A stretch of DNA of 43,517 nucleotides from Candidatus Micrarchaeota archaeon RBG_16_49_10. GTDB lineage: Archaea > Aenigmatarchaeota > Aenigmatarchaeia > CG10238-14. The translations under genes and the position numbers were made by a program. Of this stretch, positions 25,536-33,584 are shown one piece after another. Positions within the stretch are counted from its first letter, which is position 1, and every line of letters starts with the position of its first letter. The stretch is taken from assembly GCA_001784635.1 (NCBI GenBank), contig MFRS01000004.1, positions 14,151 to 57,667 on the forward strand, written 5' to 3'. The notes under the pieces were generated by a model, which saw only the letters and a program-made list of their open reading frames with translations, was not told the origin of the DNA and did not search any database.

Positions 25536-26453
25536 TCAGCGCTTTTTCTTCACGAACTCTATCGTCTTCGGCTCCTTCTTCTGGTGCCTAACGACCTTTT
25601 TGGGCTCCTTCTTCTCGCCCTTGAATGCCTGCCTAGTCCTCTTCACCGCAAACCTTGAGAAGTGGTACATGGCGAACAGCTGCAGCGGGAATAGCAGCAG
25701 GAATGCGAACCAGTAGAGCTGGACCTCGAAGAGCCTGTAGTAGTCGAAGAATGGTGCCATGAAAGACCATTTTATGTAGGCCCAGTAGTTCCAAAACTCC
25801 CAGAAGAGCGCGACTATGGCGCCGGCCAGCATCAGGGTCATGGGTATGTCGCTCTCGCCCTCGGTCATGCTCTGAAGAATGGAGGGCTCCTTGTTCATGT
25901 AGTTTATCGAGTCAAAGATGAGCAGGAAGGCAAACCACATCACGGGGAATATGAGGAAGCCCTTGAAGATGGGCGTTAGGAAGATGAGGAAGCCTATGAG
26001 GAAGAGCAGGTAGAGGAATCCCCTGTTGAGCTTAAGCGGCTCCACCCTGGACTTTGGTTTTCCGAGGATCCTCAGGGCGTTGATGAGGTCTGTGGTTTCG
26101 AAGATTGCCGGGAGGACCGTGGAGAATGTGAGTGCGGAAAGTAGCATGTATTTCACGCCGGAAAACCCGTAGGTCGTCGTGGGGTGGAAGTTGTAGACAA
26201 GGTTTATGACGAGCTCGAAGAACGCCCAGAAGGCCGTGGAGTAGAGGAAAAGCCTTATGAACTCGCTTTTTTCGGCAAGGAGGGACCTCCCCTTGAAGAG
26301 ATGCACCAGGCCATCGACCAAAAATATGTAGCCCAGCCAAATGAGGGGAAAGTAGTAGTCGAAGAAGAAGGGGACCCTGAGCAGGACGAAGATTTGGGTG
26401 ACCAGAATTATCAGGAGGCCGAAGATGCCGTGCTTGGGTATTGTCTTGGACAT
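25536..26453 (-). CDS. Multi-pass membrane protein of unknown function
   Basis: About nine hydrophobic helices, aromatic motif FWEFWNYWAYIKW, basic C-tail; host-like codon usage. Confidence 0.8.
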   Translation of the reverse strand: MSKTIPKHGIFGLLIILVTQIFVLLRVPFFFDYYFPLIWLGYIFLVDGLVHLFKGRSLLAEKSEFIRLFLYSTAFWAFFELVINLVYNFHPTTTYGFSGVKYMLLSALTFSTVLPAIFETTDLINALRILGKPKSRVEPLKLNRGFLYLLFLIGFLIFLTPIFKGFLIFPVMWFAFLLIFDSINYMNKEPSILQSMTEGESDIPMTLMLAGAIVALFWEFWNYWAYIKWSFMAPFFDYYRLFEVQLYWFAFLLLFPLQLFAMYHFSRFAVKRTRQAFKGEKKEPKKVVRHQKKEPKTIEFVKKKR

Positions 26454-26558
26454 AGGGACTGAACTATATTTTGTCGCGCGACATATTAAAAAATTTAGGT
26501 TTTCGTCCGCAAGCCATTAAAATAAAAAGGATTTAAGGTTAAAATCTATAGGTTAATT

Positions 26559-26906
26559 ATGAGCAGTTATTTTGAGGAATATTTTAGAAGTCTACCAAAA
26601 GATACAGCTTCAGTTGCAAAAGAATATCTTAGAAATCTGCCGAAAGATACAGCTTCTTATGTTGCCGTTCTCAAGTTAATTGAAGTTTATGAAAATAGAG
26701 GATTTATAGCAAGAGTTTTCGGTGGCTTGGCTCCAGAACAATATCACTCTTTAGCTGTTAGAGCTGTAAACTTGGCAGGAGAAAGACATGGACGCGACTA
26801 TTCAAATTTTCCTGGATTGGCCGAAGGAAGATATTTGAAAGTTGCAGAAGAAATAGCTATAACATCAAGAACCAAAAAAAGATATTCTATTCCTCCCAGA
26901 CCCTGA
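26559..26906 (+). CDS. Hypothetical protein with internal 15-aa tandem repeat
   Basis: EYFRSLPKDTAS / EYLRNLPKDTAS; upstream GGATTTAAG TATA element. Confidence 0.65.
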   Translation: MSSYFEEYFRSLPKDTASVAKEYLRNLPKDTASYVAVLKLIEVYENRGFIARVFGGLAPEQYHSLAVRAVNLAGERHGRDYSNFPGLAEGRYLKVAEEIAITSRTKKRYSIPPRP

Positions 26907-26956
26907 TTTCTGTAAAAAACTATTAGTATTTCCCCTCACTAGATAGAATTGTTCAG

Positions 26957-27997
26957 ATGAAAGCCTACATAGTCAGGAACATGGCGGGCGTCTTCGCCGT
27001 GGGAGAGAAGGGCAACGAGCTAGACAGCATCATCTTCAAGAGGGACCCCGAGGAGGGGGCAAAGAAGCTGCTTTCCGAAGCCATGACCGCAGAGGAGGGC
27101 CAACTGATAGACAGGCTGAAGGGCAAGGGTTACTCCGAGTTCATCCTGCCGAGGAAGATAGAGCCCTACAACTTCGAGGAGAACAGCCTTGGGGAGAGGG
27201 TGATGAGGGGCAGGCTTAGGGATGTCTTGAAGGACAAGGATGCGAACGGCTTCCTGACACAGGTCGGCATAGAGATCACTAGGATGCGGATAAAGGAGAC
27301 CGTCAAGAAGGACAAGATAGTCATCCAGGCCATCAACACGATGGACGAGATTGAGAAGTCGATAAACATATTCATGGAGAGGCTGAGGGAGTGGTACGGC
27401 CTGCACTTCCCGGAGTTTGAGAAGGCGGTGGACAGGCACGAGAAGTTCGTCAAAATCGTAGCCGAGAATGGGCTGAGGGACAAGATAAAGGATGAGGAGT
27501 TCATCGATTCCGCCAGGGTGAGCATGGGCTTGGACCTTTCCGAGACGGACGAGGAAATACTCAAGCTGTACGCCGAGCACATAAGGGCGCTCTACAGGCT
27601 GAAGGAAAGGATGGAGAAGTACATAGAGGTCGTCATGAAGGAGATTGCCCCTAATTTCACCGAGCTTGCGGGGCCTCTACTTGGGGCCAGGTTGATTGCG
27701 CTGGTCGGCGGATTGGACAGACTCGCAAAGAAGGCCTCGTCAACAATCCAGCTTCTAGGGTCTGAGAAGGCCCTTTTCAGGTACTTGAGCGGAAAGGGGA
27801 GGGCGCCGAAGCACGGAGTGCTCTTCCAGTCACCCTACATACAGAAGGCTCCCCTGGCCAAGAGGGGGAAAGTCGCAAGGATAGTTTCATCCAAGCTGAG
27901 CATAGCGGTCAAGATGGACTACTACGGCTCGCCGGACAAGTCGAAGCAGCTGAAGGATGAGCTGGACGCTTTAATCAAGAAGGCAATGGAGGATTGA
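26957..27997 (+). CDS. nop5: Nop5 (Nop56/58) box C/D sRNP protein
   Basis: LREWYGLHFPE, IAPNFTELAGPLLGARLI, STIQLLGSEKALF, PKHGVLFQ, RGKVAR; directly upstream of fibrillarin. Confidence 0.95.
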   Translation: MKAYIVRNMAGVFAVGEKGNELDSIIFKRDPEEGAKKLLSEAMTAEEGQLIDRLKGKGYSEFILPRKIEPYNFEENSLGERVMRGRLRDVLKDKDANGFLTQVGIEITRMRIKETVKKDKIVIQAINTMDEIEKSINIFMERLREWYGLHFPEFEKAVDRHEKFVKIVAENGLRDKIKDEEFIDSARVSMGLDLSETDEEILKLYAEHIRALYRLKERMEKYIEVVMKEIAPNFTELAGPLLGARLIALVGGLDRLAKKASSTIQLLGSEKALFRYLSGKGRAPKHGVLFQSPYIQKAPLAKRGKVARIVSSKLSIAVKMDYYGSPDKSKQLKDELDALIKKAMED

Positions 27998-27998
27998 G

Positions 27999-28715
27999 AT
28001 GAGCAAATTCAGGCGTGGGAATCAGAGGACCGGGAACCGCAGGCCAAGAGAGAGGGAGAGGAAGAGGTCCGAGTTTGAGGGCGTCTCCTGGATAGACGGG
28101 AAGCTATGCACGCAGAACCTCGTCCCCGGGCAGAAGGTGTATGAGGAGAGGCTAATGAGCAAGGGCGGGGTGGAGTACAGGGCATGGGACCCGCAGAGGT
28201 CCAAGCCTGCCGCCGCCATATACAATGGACTGAACCATTTCCCCATGAAGAAGGGCCTGAAGATCCTTTACCTGGGCTTCGCCAGCGGAACGACGGGAAG
28301 CCATTTCTCCGACATAATAGGGCCTGAAGGCATAATCTACGGGATTGAGATATCAGACCGCGTCCTGAGGGAGTCCCTGCCGCTGTGCCACAAGAGGAAG
28401 AACATAGTGCCCCTGCTCATGAACGCCAGGAAGCCGGAGGACTACTCGTGGGTAGAGAGCGTGGACTTCATATTCGCTGACGTCGCGATACCGGACATGA
28501 CCGAGGTCTTCATAAGGAACGCGAAGGTCTTCCTGAAGGACGGTGGGTTTGGCATGCTGACGATAAAGTCAAGGAGCATCGACGTCACTGCAAGGCCTGA
28601 AGACATCTACAAGAGGGAAAGGGTCAAGCTGGAGGAGTTTTTCACTGTCACGGACTTCGTCACCCTGGACCCCCACGAGAGGGACCATGGGTTCTTTGTG
28701 GTGAAGAGGAAGTAG
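27999..28715 (+). CDS. flpA: Fibrillarin-like rRNA/tRNA 2'-O-methyltransferase
   Basis: NLVPGQKVYEE, YRAWDPQRSK, LYLGFASGTTGSH, NARKPEDY, DVAIPD, LDPHERDH. Confidence 0.95.
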   Translation: MSKFRRGNQRTGNRRPRERERKRSEFEGVSWIDGKLCTQNLVPGQKVYEERLMSKGGVEYRAWDPQRSKPAAAIYNGLNHFPMKKGLKILYLGFASGTTGSHFSDIIGPEGIIYGIEISDRVLRESLPLCHKRKNIVPLLMNARKPEDYSWVESVDFIFADVAIPDMTEVFIRNAKVFLKDGGFGMLTIKSRSIDVTARPEDIYKRERVKLEEFFTVTDFVTLDPHERDHGFFVVKRK

Positions 28716-28808
28716 CTATCTTTTTCTGCCTGCCAATTCGTAAAGTTACGTCAAATCGTTTCGAGTGAGTGCTGTGAAAAGCAAAGGATATTTAGATTAT
28801 AATTGCTC

Positions 28809-29066
28809 TCAAATTTTATAGTATTTTGAAATTATTTTCTCTATTTCCTCCTTCTTTTTGGGGTTTAATGAAATCTCCTGGCCATAATGAGCAGGTTTCG
28901 ACAATAGTAAGTCGTCTTTGATGAGTTCTTTACCGACATTTCTAATCTGTTTTGCCAAATGACTGGGTTTCCCCTTAGGTAAATTATCAAAGCTTGTGTG
29001 TTTTTCACCCCAATACCTGTGCCTCAAAAGCTTGAATAAAATCCAAGCTTTTATCGCTTCAGTCAT
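28809..29066 (-). CDS. Hypothetical protein (85 aa, wHTH-like), divergent from an HTH gene
   Basis: RHRYWGEKHTSFDNLPKG...ISLNPKK; AT-rich; ATG start. Confidence 0.65.
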   Translation of the reverse strand: MTEAIKAWILFKLLRHRYWGEKHTSFDNLPKGKPSHLAKQIRNVGKELIKDDLLLSKPAHYGQEISLNPKKKEEIEKIISKYYKI

Positions 29067-29109
29067 AAAATGATTTGTGGATTCAAAGATAATAAATTGT
29101 GTTAAAATA

Positions 29110-29130
29110 ATTTTACATTAAACGTAAAAT
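29110..29130. promoter_or_regulatory. Inverted repeat ATTTTAC-N7-GTAAAAT in a divergent promoter
   Basis: Perfect 7-bp arms abutting the TATA box TTTATAC of the 29159 gene. Confidence 0.5.
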
Positions 29131-29158
29131 ATTTATACTAAAAAAACGAAGGATAGTC

Positions 29159-29491
29159 ATGCAACAGGAATCAATATTAATCGAGTTGTTTGGAAAGACC
29201 CCAGAACTGAAGGTATTAGACTTTTTGATAGACAACAACATATTTGACTTTACTAAGACAGAGATTGCGGAAGGGGCTGGAATAACAAGGCCAACGCTCT
29301 ACAGATTTTGGGACAAAATGGAAAAAAACAAGCTAATAGCAAAGTCAAGAAAGATAAACAGGACGCAACTATACAGACTGAATTTAGAATCTGCGACGGT
29401 TAAAAAAGTTATGGAAATAGAGCTGAAAGTCGGTTTGAGTGAAATTGAAAATGAAAAACTTGTCAGAGTACCAGTTAAATTGAGAAGGTAG
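29159..29491 (+). CDS. Winged-helix HTH transcription regulator
   Basis: LFGKTPELKVLDFL...FTKTEIAEGAGITRPTLY...YRLN pattern. Confidence 0.85.
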   Translation: MQQESILIELFGKTPELKVLDFLIDNNIFDFTKTEIAEGAGITRPTLYRFWDKMEKNKLIAKSRKINRTQLYRLNLESATVKKVMEIELKVGLSEIENEKLVRVPVKLRR

Positions 29492-29536
29492 GTTTTTCTG
29501 ATATTGGAGATGGGCATTCCTAACCAAAATCTCGAC

Positions 29537-29600
29537 TTTTATATCACCGCTTCAAGGAAATGTCGGGAAAAGTGTAGAATACTTCAAAATCAAAATTTAC
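29537..29600. repeat. 64-bp dispersed repeat, copy B
   Basis: 58/64 identity to the reverse complement of 1385-1448. Confidence 0.9.
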
Positions 29601-29668
29601 ATGGAAAAGTATCTCAAAGATCTGTTCTCTCAGAGAGGTATTGGAACTTGGGGGGAATTTGGGCTGAA

Positions 29669-30082
29669 TCAAATAAAGTCCTTGGGTTCGACACGCTTAA
29701 TGATTTTGACCTTATCAAAATCCCTGTCAAAGGAGACAAAATCTTTAATTTTATTTTCCAGAGCGCCTTGGAGTGAAAAGGCGTCCTCTAAGCTAAGGTT
29801 ATAATTCTTCATGTTTTTAGTGGCGTTAATCATATCACTTGGCGTCAAATCATAAACTGTCAATCCTTTTATGTTAAAAACGTCCTCTAAGAATTTTTTT
29901 ATTTCACTGGGTTTTTTCCCGCTTCTTTCTAGTATGAGAGAGCTTCCAAAAATTATGAAGTCGCTTGTGTAAGCCTTCAGTTTATTCTTGTTTATTAGCT
30001 CAAAGAAATCAAAGCACTCTTTCTGCTTTTCCTGTTCCAAAAACAATTCGACGAAAATGTTGACGTCAACAAAAACGCTCAT
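29669..30082 (-). CDS. vapC: PIN-domain (VapC) toxin
   Basis: VFVDVNIF...E...SLEDA...SFDRDFDKV acidic PIN tetrad; ATGA overlap with the antitoxin. Confidence 0.9.
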   Translation of the reverse strand: MSVFVDVNIFVELFLEQEKQKECFDFFELINKNKLKAYTSDFIIFGSSLILERSGKKPSEIKKFLEDVFNIKGLTVYDLTPSDMINATKNMKNYNLSLEDAFSLQGALENKIKDFVSFDRDFDKVKIIKRVEPKDFI

Positions 30083-30357
30083 TTAACTGCCTCTTCTGAC
30101 CATATTTTTCCTAAGTCTTCCTGCAATTCAACGCTCGTTTTTTTCACATGCTTTAAGATGCCCCTCATTGATTCCACTGGGTTTCTTCCAACATTACTCC
30201 TTATCTCCTGTATGTCAGCCTCTTTATTTAGCCAATATATAAATGCGTCTTCAGCTGCAGTACTCAAAGAACCTTTTGAATATCCAAACTTTTTCATCGC
30301 AATTTCCCTAAAGCTCCTTTCCACACCATCTTCTACATTTATTTTTATTATTCCCAT
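30079..30357 (-). CDS. Antitoxin (RHH-like N-terminus, VapB type)
   Basis: N-terminal beta strand IIKINVE plus helices, C-terminal 'SMRGIL' typical of VapB tails; upstream of and coupled to the PIN gene. Confidence 0.8.
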   Translation of the reverse strand: MGIIKINVEDGVERSFREIAMKKFGYSKGSLSTAAEDAFIYWLNKEADIQEIRSNVGRNPVESMRGILKHVKKTSVELQEDLGKIWSEEAVK

Positions 30358-30360
30358 ATT

Positions 30361-30384
30361 GGTACTTTGGTACTTTAGTACTTA
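30361..30384. promoter_or_regulatory. Three 8-bp tandem boxes (GGTACTTT, GGTACTTT, AGTACTTA), candidate RHH operator
   Basis: Located between the TATA (30381-30388) and the antitoxin start codon. Confidence 0.6.
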
Positions 30385-30418
30385 TAAAGTTTTCTATGTT
30401 CTATAGAATGCTCATGTC

Positions 30419-30446
30419 AAAAAAAAAAAGGAATCAGTTGGATTCC
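30419..30446 (-). terminator. Intrinsic-type terminator GGAATC-CAACT-GATTCC plus T11
   Basis: 6-bp stem followed by 11 T on the minus strand, downstream of the 30513 gene. Confidence 0.65.
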
Positions 30447-30512
30447 ACAGGTATTATAAAGCCAAACATTCTGTTTCCTCCAACCATGTTAAGCCTACAC
30501 TTTAGGATGTTC

Positions 30513-30719
30513 CTATCTTCCAGGAAAGTTAGTTGGTACATTCCCAATTGTCTCATTGTCCCACCTCCTTGCGAAATCCATAAGCCTCCTCTGCGAGGCG
30601 ATGACGACATCCTGGGTCATCCTGACGCTGCTGTAGCAACTCTTGCAGAACATCCTTGGACTCCCGAAACCGTCTATGAACCTGATAGTCCTGTGCGAAT
30701 GGCATCTCCCACAGATCAT
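30513..30719 (-). CDS. Small zinc-ribbon protein (CxxC-17-CxxC)
   Basis: MICGRC...FCKSC; SD GGTGA upstream. Confidence 0.8.
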   Translation of the reverse strand: MICGRCHSHRTIRFIDGFGSPRMFCKSCYSSVRMTQDVVIASQRRLMDFARRWDNETIGNVPTNFPGR

Positions 30720-30821
30720 CTTATCACCGATAACAGAATTGGGCTATAATAGTATAGATGGCTTTGGTAACGGTAGGGTTTGGATGAACCAATAGAACAA
30801 GGCATTAAAACTGCTGTTAGC

Positions 30822-31946
30822 TCAAATGGCAGCCACAAATTCCTTCAAGAAGTCATCCAGGTCGTTGTAATCGACGAAAATGCCTATGGCCGACTGATGG
30901 CCTCCCCCTTTGACCGAAGGAACCTCTTTTTTGACCTTTTCAAGTATATCGACAAGGTTCTCCTTCCTCTTGCTCTGCTCGAGCCGCACGCTTATCTTCC
31001 TCTTCTCCAAGCCGTACTCGCTGCCGACCACGCAGATTATGTAGTCCGGGTACTCCTGCCTTATTTTGTCGGCTATGAATGACGTGAGCGCATTTATCCT
31101 GGACGGCTTGGTCTCGAAGATGATGACCTTCTTGTCCCTGTAGAACTTCCCCCTCTCCCTCACCTCGGAGAGCGAGTACTGGGTCTCGAAGGCCACCTTG
31201 CTGTAGAAGCGCATGAGGGCGAAGGAGTGTTGCGTCAGCCCGTTAAGGAACTTGTCCGGCCTGTTCTTGGTCTCCACGAGCGCTTCGACGGCCGTCTTGG
31301 CCCCATCAGTCTTCCTGACCATCCTGCCCGCCCTGACTATGTCCCAGGCCCTCCCGAAGACCGACTTCTCCATGTTTATCTGGCTTATCTCCCCCTCGAA
31401 GAGGTCCGGGTAATCCGCCTTTATGTCCTCGAAGACATCCCTGCACAGCTCCACCCTGTGGTCCTCCGTTATGCCGATGCCGGCGACCCAGGAGGCCTTC
31501 TCGTCAGGGTACATGGCCTTCAGGACCTTGTATATCATGTAAGAGGTGGGGACGACCTTGTCATCCTCCTTTTCGAATGACCGTGGGTTTATGTACATCA
31601 TCCCGCCGGCGTCGTGGAAGTCGGTGAGGTGGTGGTCCAGCACGAATCCGCGGAATATGCTGAGCTTTATCGGCTCGAGAGAGACGTCGAGCGTGAAGAG
31701 GTAGTCGGGGCTTATCGTCTTTATCTGGTTCACCAGCTTGTAGGTTATGTTGTTCGGGCCCCTTATCGGGAAAAAGATTGGAGCGATGCCTGTGAGGCGG
31801 GTGACTATTATCGAGAAAAGAGCGGCAGAAGAGCAGCCGTCGCCGTCGTCATGGTGGATGAGGCAGACAGTGTCCGATTCCTTGAGGTTCCTCAGCTCCC
31901 CCTCGATGGCCTCGAGAAGGTCATTCAAGTTCTTCAGAGCCCTCAC
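30822..31946 (-). CDS. DHH/DHHA1 phosphoesterase (RecJ/GAN-like)
   Basis: HHDDGDG (motif I), TLDVS (II), LDHH (III), C-terminal GGGHQSAIG (DHHA1). Confidence 0.88.
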   Translation of the reverse strand: MRALKNLNDLLEAIEGELRNLKESDTVCLIHHDDGDGCSSAALFSIIVTRLTGIAPIFFPIRGPNNITYKLVNQIKTISPDYLFTLDVSLEPIKLSIFRGFVLDHHLTDFHDAGGMMYINPRSFEKEDDKVVPTSYMIYKVLKAMYPDEKASWVAGIGITEDHRVELCRDVFEDIKADYPDLFEGEISQINMEKSVFGRAWDIVRAGRMVRKTDGAKTAVEALVETKNRPDKFLNGLTQHSFALMRFYSKVAFETQYSLSEVRERGKFYRDKKVIIFETKPSRINALTSFIADKIRQEYPDYIICVVGSEYGLEKRKISVRLEQSKRKENLVDILEKVKKEVPSVKGGGHQSAIGIFVDYNDLDDFLKEFVAAI

Positions 31947-32562
31947 CTACCAGCTTCAATTGATCATCAGAGAGCGCCATTATCCTTTCCGCAAGCTTCT
32001 TCCTGCTGAGGACGTAGTACTCCACCACCGAGCAGAGCGAATCCAGGCTGTGGAATATGACAGCCTCGAAGGACCTTGGCGGCGTGGGGCTGCTTTCCCC
32101 TGGGTGGGAGGCGACTATGTGGATGACCTCCTCCGGGAATCCCCTGGCGTATAGCTCGGCCACCCCGAGCATCGTGTGGTCCAGCGTTATGCCTGTGGGC
32201 TCCAAATCGCCGTCCTTGTCCCTCTTGAACTCGTAGGACTTGGCTATGTCATGAACGATGGACGCAGCTATCAGGTTGTCCGTCTCGAGCTTGAGGCCGA
32301 ACCTCTTCTCGAAGACCTTCCCTATCTCCTCCACGGTCTCCGTCAATACTATCGTATGTCCTATCACATCCCTCTCGACAGGGCCCAGGCTTGAGCTGGA
32401 AACGCGGAAGTAGCTGCCCGACATCTCGAGCTTCTCCGGGTCGTACTTGCTGAAGTTCTTGTTAAGCAGCTTGCGGTCCTTTATGTAGTCCGCGACCTTC
32501 TTCCTGAGGGCCTCGTCCTTTATCTTTTTAGTGAGATTCAGGAGATTTTCCATGTGAAACAC
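31921..32562 (-). CDS. HD-domain phosphohydrolase
   Basis: H...HD...H...H...D pattern (GHT, VHDIAK, LDHT, ASHPG, SLD); stop overlaps the DHH gene start. Confidence 0.85.
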   Translation of the reverse strand: MFHMENLLNLTKKIKDEALRKKVADYIKDRKLLNKNFSKYDPEKLEMSGSYFRVSSSSLGPVERDVIGHTIVLTETVEEIGKVFEKRFGLKLETDNLIAASIVHDIAKSYEFKRDKDGDLEPTGITLDHTMLGVAELYARGFPEEVIHIVASHPGESSPTPPRSFEAVIFHSLDSLCSVVEYYVLSRKKLAERIMALSDDQLKLVGEGSEELE

Positions 32563-32666
32563 TTATCAGTAAAAGCATTTTAATGTTTATAAAGGCTTTT
32601 GGTTTTTAGGAATCCCAGGGCATAAAAACTATCAAGCCTTTCATGGATTCAAGCTATAATTTGAAG

Positions 32667-33068
32667 CTATACCGGGTAGTTGCCGCCACCGCCTGCCCCT
32701 GAGCCGCCCGAACCTGAGCTACCGTCGTTAGAGCCACCTGACCTTGAGTCGACATCATCTTGATTGTCATAAGGGGGATTTCCTACATTGGCATTTGGCT
32801 GTGGATTTGTAGGGTTATTTAACGGTTCCCCTCCTGCTGTTCCTAGTGGACTAGAAGCGGGAACACGATTGCGTGGTGATCTTGGGTATGCTCTAGCATT
32901 CGCACCAAGCGTGGAGAAAACATCCGTTATCTCGTCCCATTTCACCAAGACAACAACAGCAAGCAGAACCAGCAGAACTATTATTATGGGCAACCACTTC
33001 TTCAGCTTTCCACCCAATATCCCACCAGCATTATTTTTGCTTTTCGCTTTCTTAAGTTTTCTGGGCAT
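32667..33068 (-). CDS. Single-pass membrane protein with disordered Pro/Asn/Gly/Ser tail
   Basis: Basic N-terminus, one TM helix, low-complexity remainder. Confidence 0.7.
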   Translation of the reverse strand: MPRKLKKAKSKNNAGGILGGKLKKWLPIIIVLLVLLAVVVLVKWDEITDVFSTLGANARAYPRSPRNRVPASSPLGTAGGEPLNNPTNPQPNANVGNPPYDNQDDVDSRSGGSNDGSSGSGGSGAGGGGNYPV

Positions 33069-33199
33069 CTAATCGGCAATAATGCTTTGTTTTCTGCAGT
33101 TAAAAATGATTGCAACGTGCGTGCCACTGGGAAAAATGCTTCCGCTAAAAACGGCTAAGCTAAACAAAAACAGAACCAGAAAAAGGGAAATAACAACCC

Positions 33200-33508
33200 C
33201 TAGCCGAACAGGCTCGCCAATCCAGCCGCCGCTTCCTCTGCCTTCTTCTCCTGCTCCTGTGGGCTCTCCTCAGCCTTCTTCTCCGCCTTGGCCTCTGCCG
33301 CCACTGGCGCTGCTGCAACCGGTGCCGCCGCGAAAGCCGCCTTGCTTATGGCCTCCTTGATGTCGACGCCCTCCAAAGCCGAGACTAGCGCCTTCACCTT
33401 GGCGTCTTCCGCCTTGGCTCCAGCAGCCTCTATGACCTTCTTGACGTTGGCCTCGGACACCTCTTGCCCTAGCGAGTTCAGTATGAGCGCGCTGTATATG
33501 TATTCCAC
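33200..33508 (-). CDS. rpl12: 50S ribosomal protein P1/L12 (aP1)
   Basis: MEYIYSALIL start (GTG 33508 after SD GGAGGT), Ala-rich hinge, C-terminal AAAGLASLFG. Confidence 0.96.
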   Translation of the reverse strand: MEYIYSALILNSLGQEVSEANVKKVIEAAGAKAEDAKVKALVSALEGVDIKEAISKAAFAAAPVAAAPVAAEAKAEKKAEESPQEQEKKAEEAAAGLASLFG

Positions 33509-33584
33509 AACAACTACCTCCATATTATTTGCTCATTCACCATTTTTATATTTATCTTTGACTTCATCTTTATATGGTTATTCC

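Noticed and set aside
29504-29804. ORFs 29504-29776 and 29601-29804 on the + strand
   Set aside because: Both run antisense into vapC and lack convincing SD or motifs. They overlap or abut the 64-bp repeat, which is reported separately.
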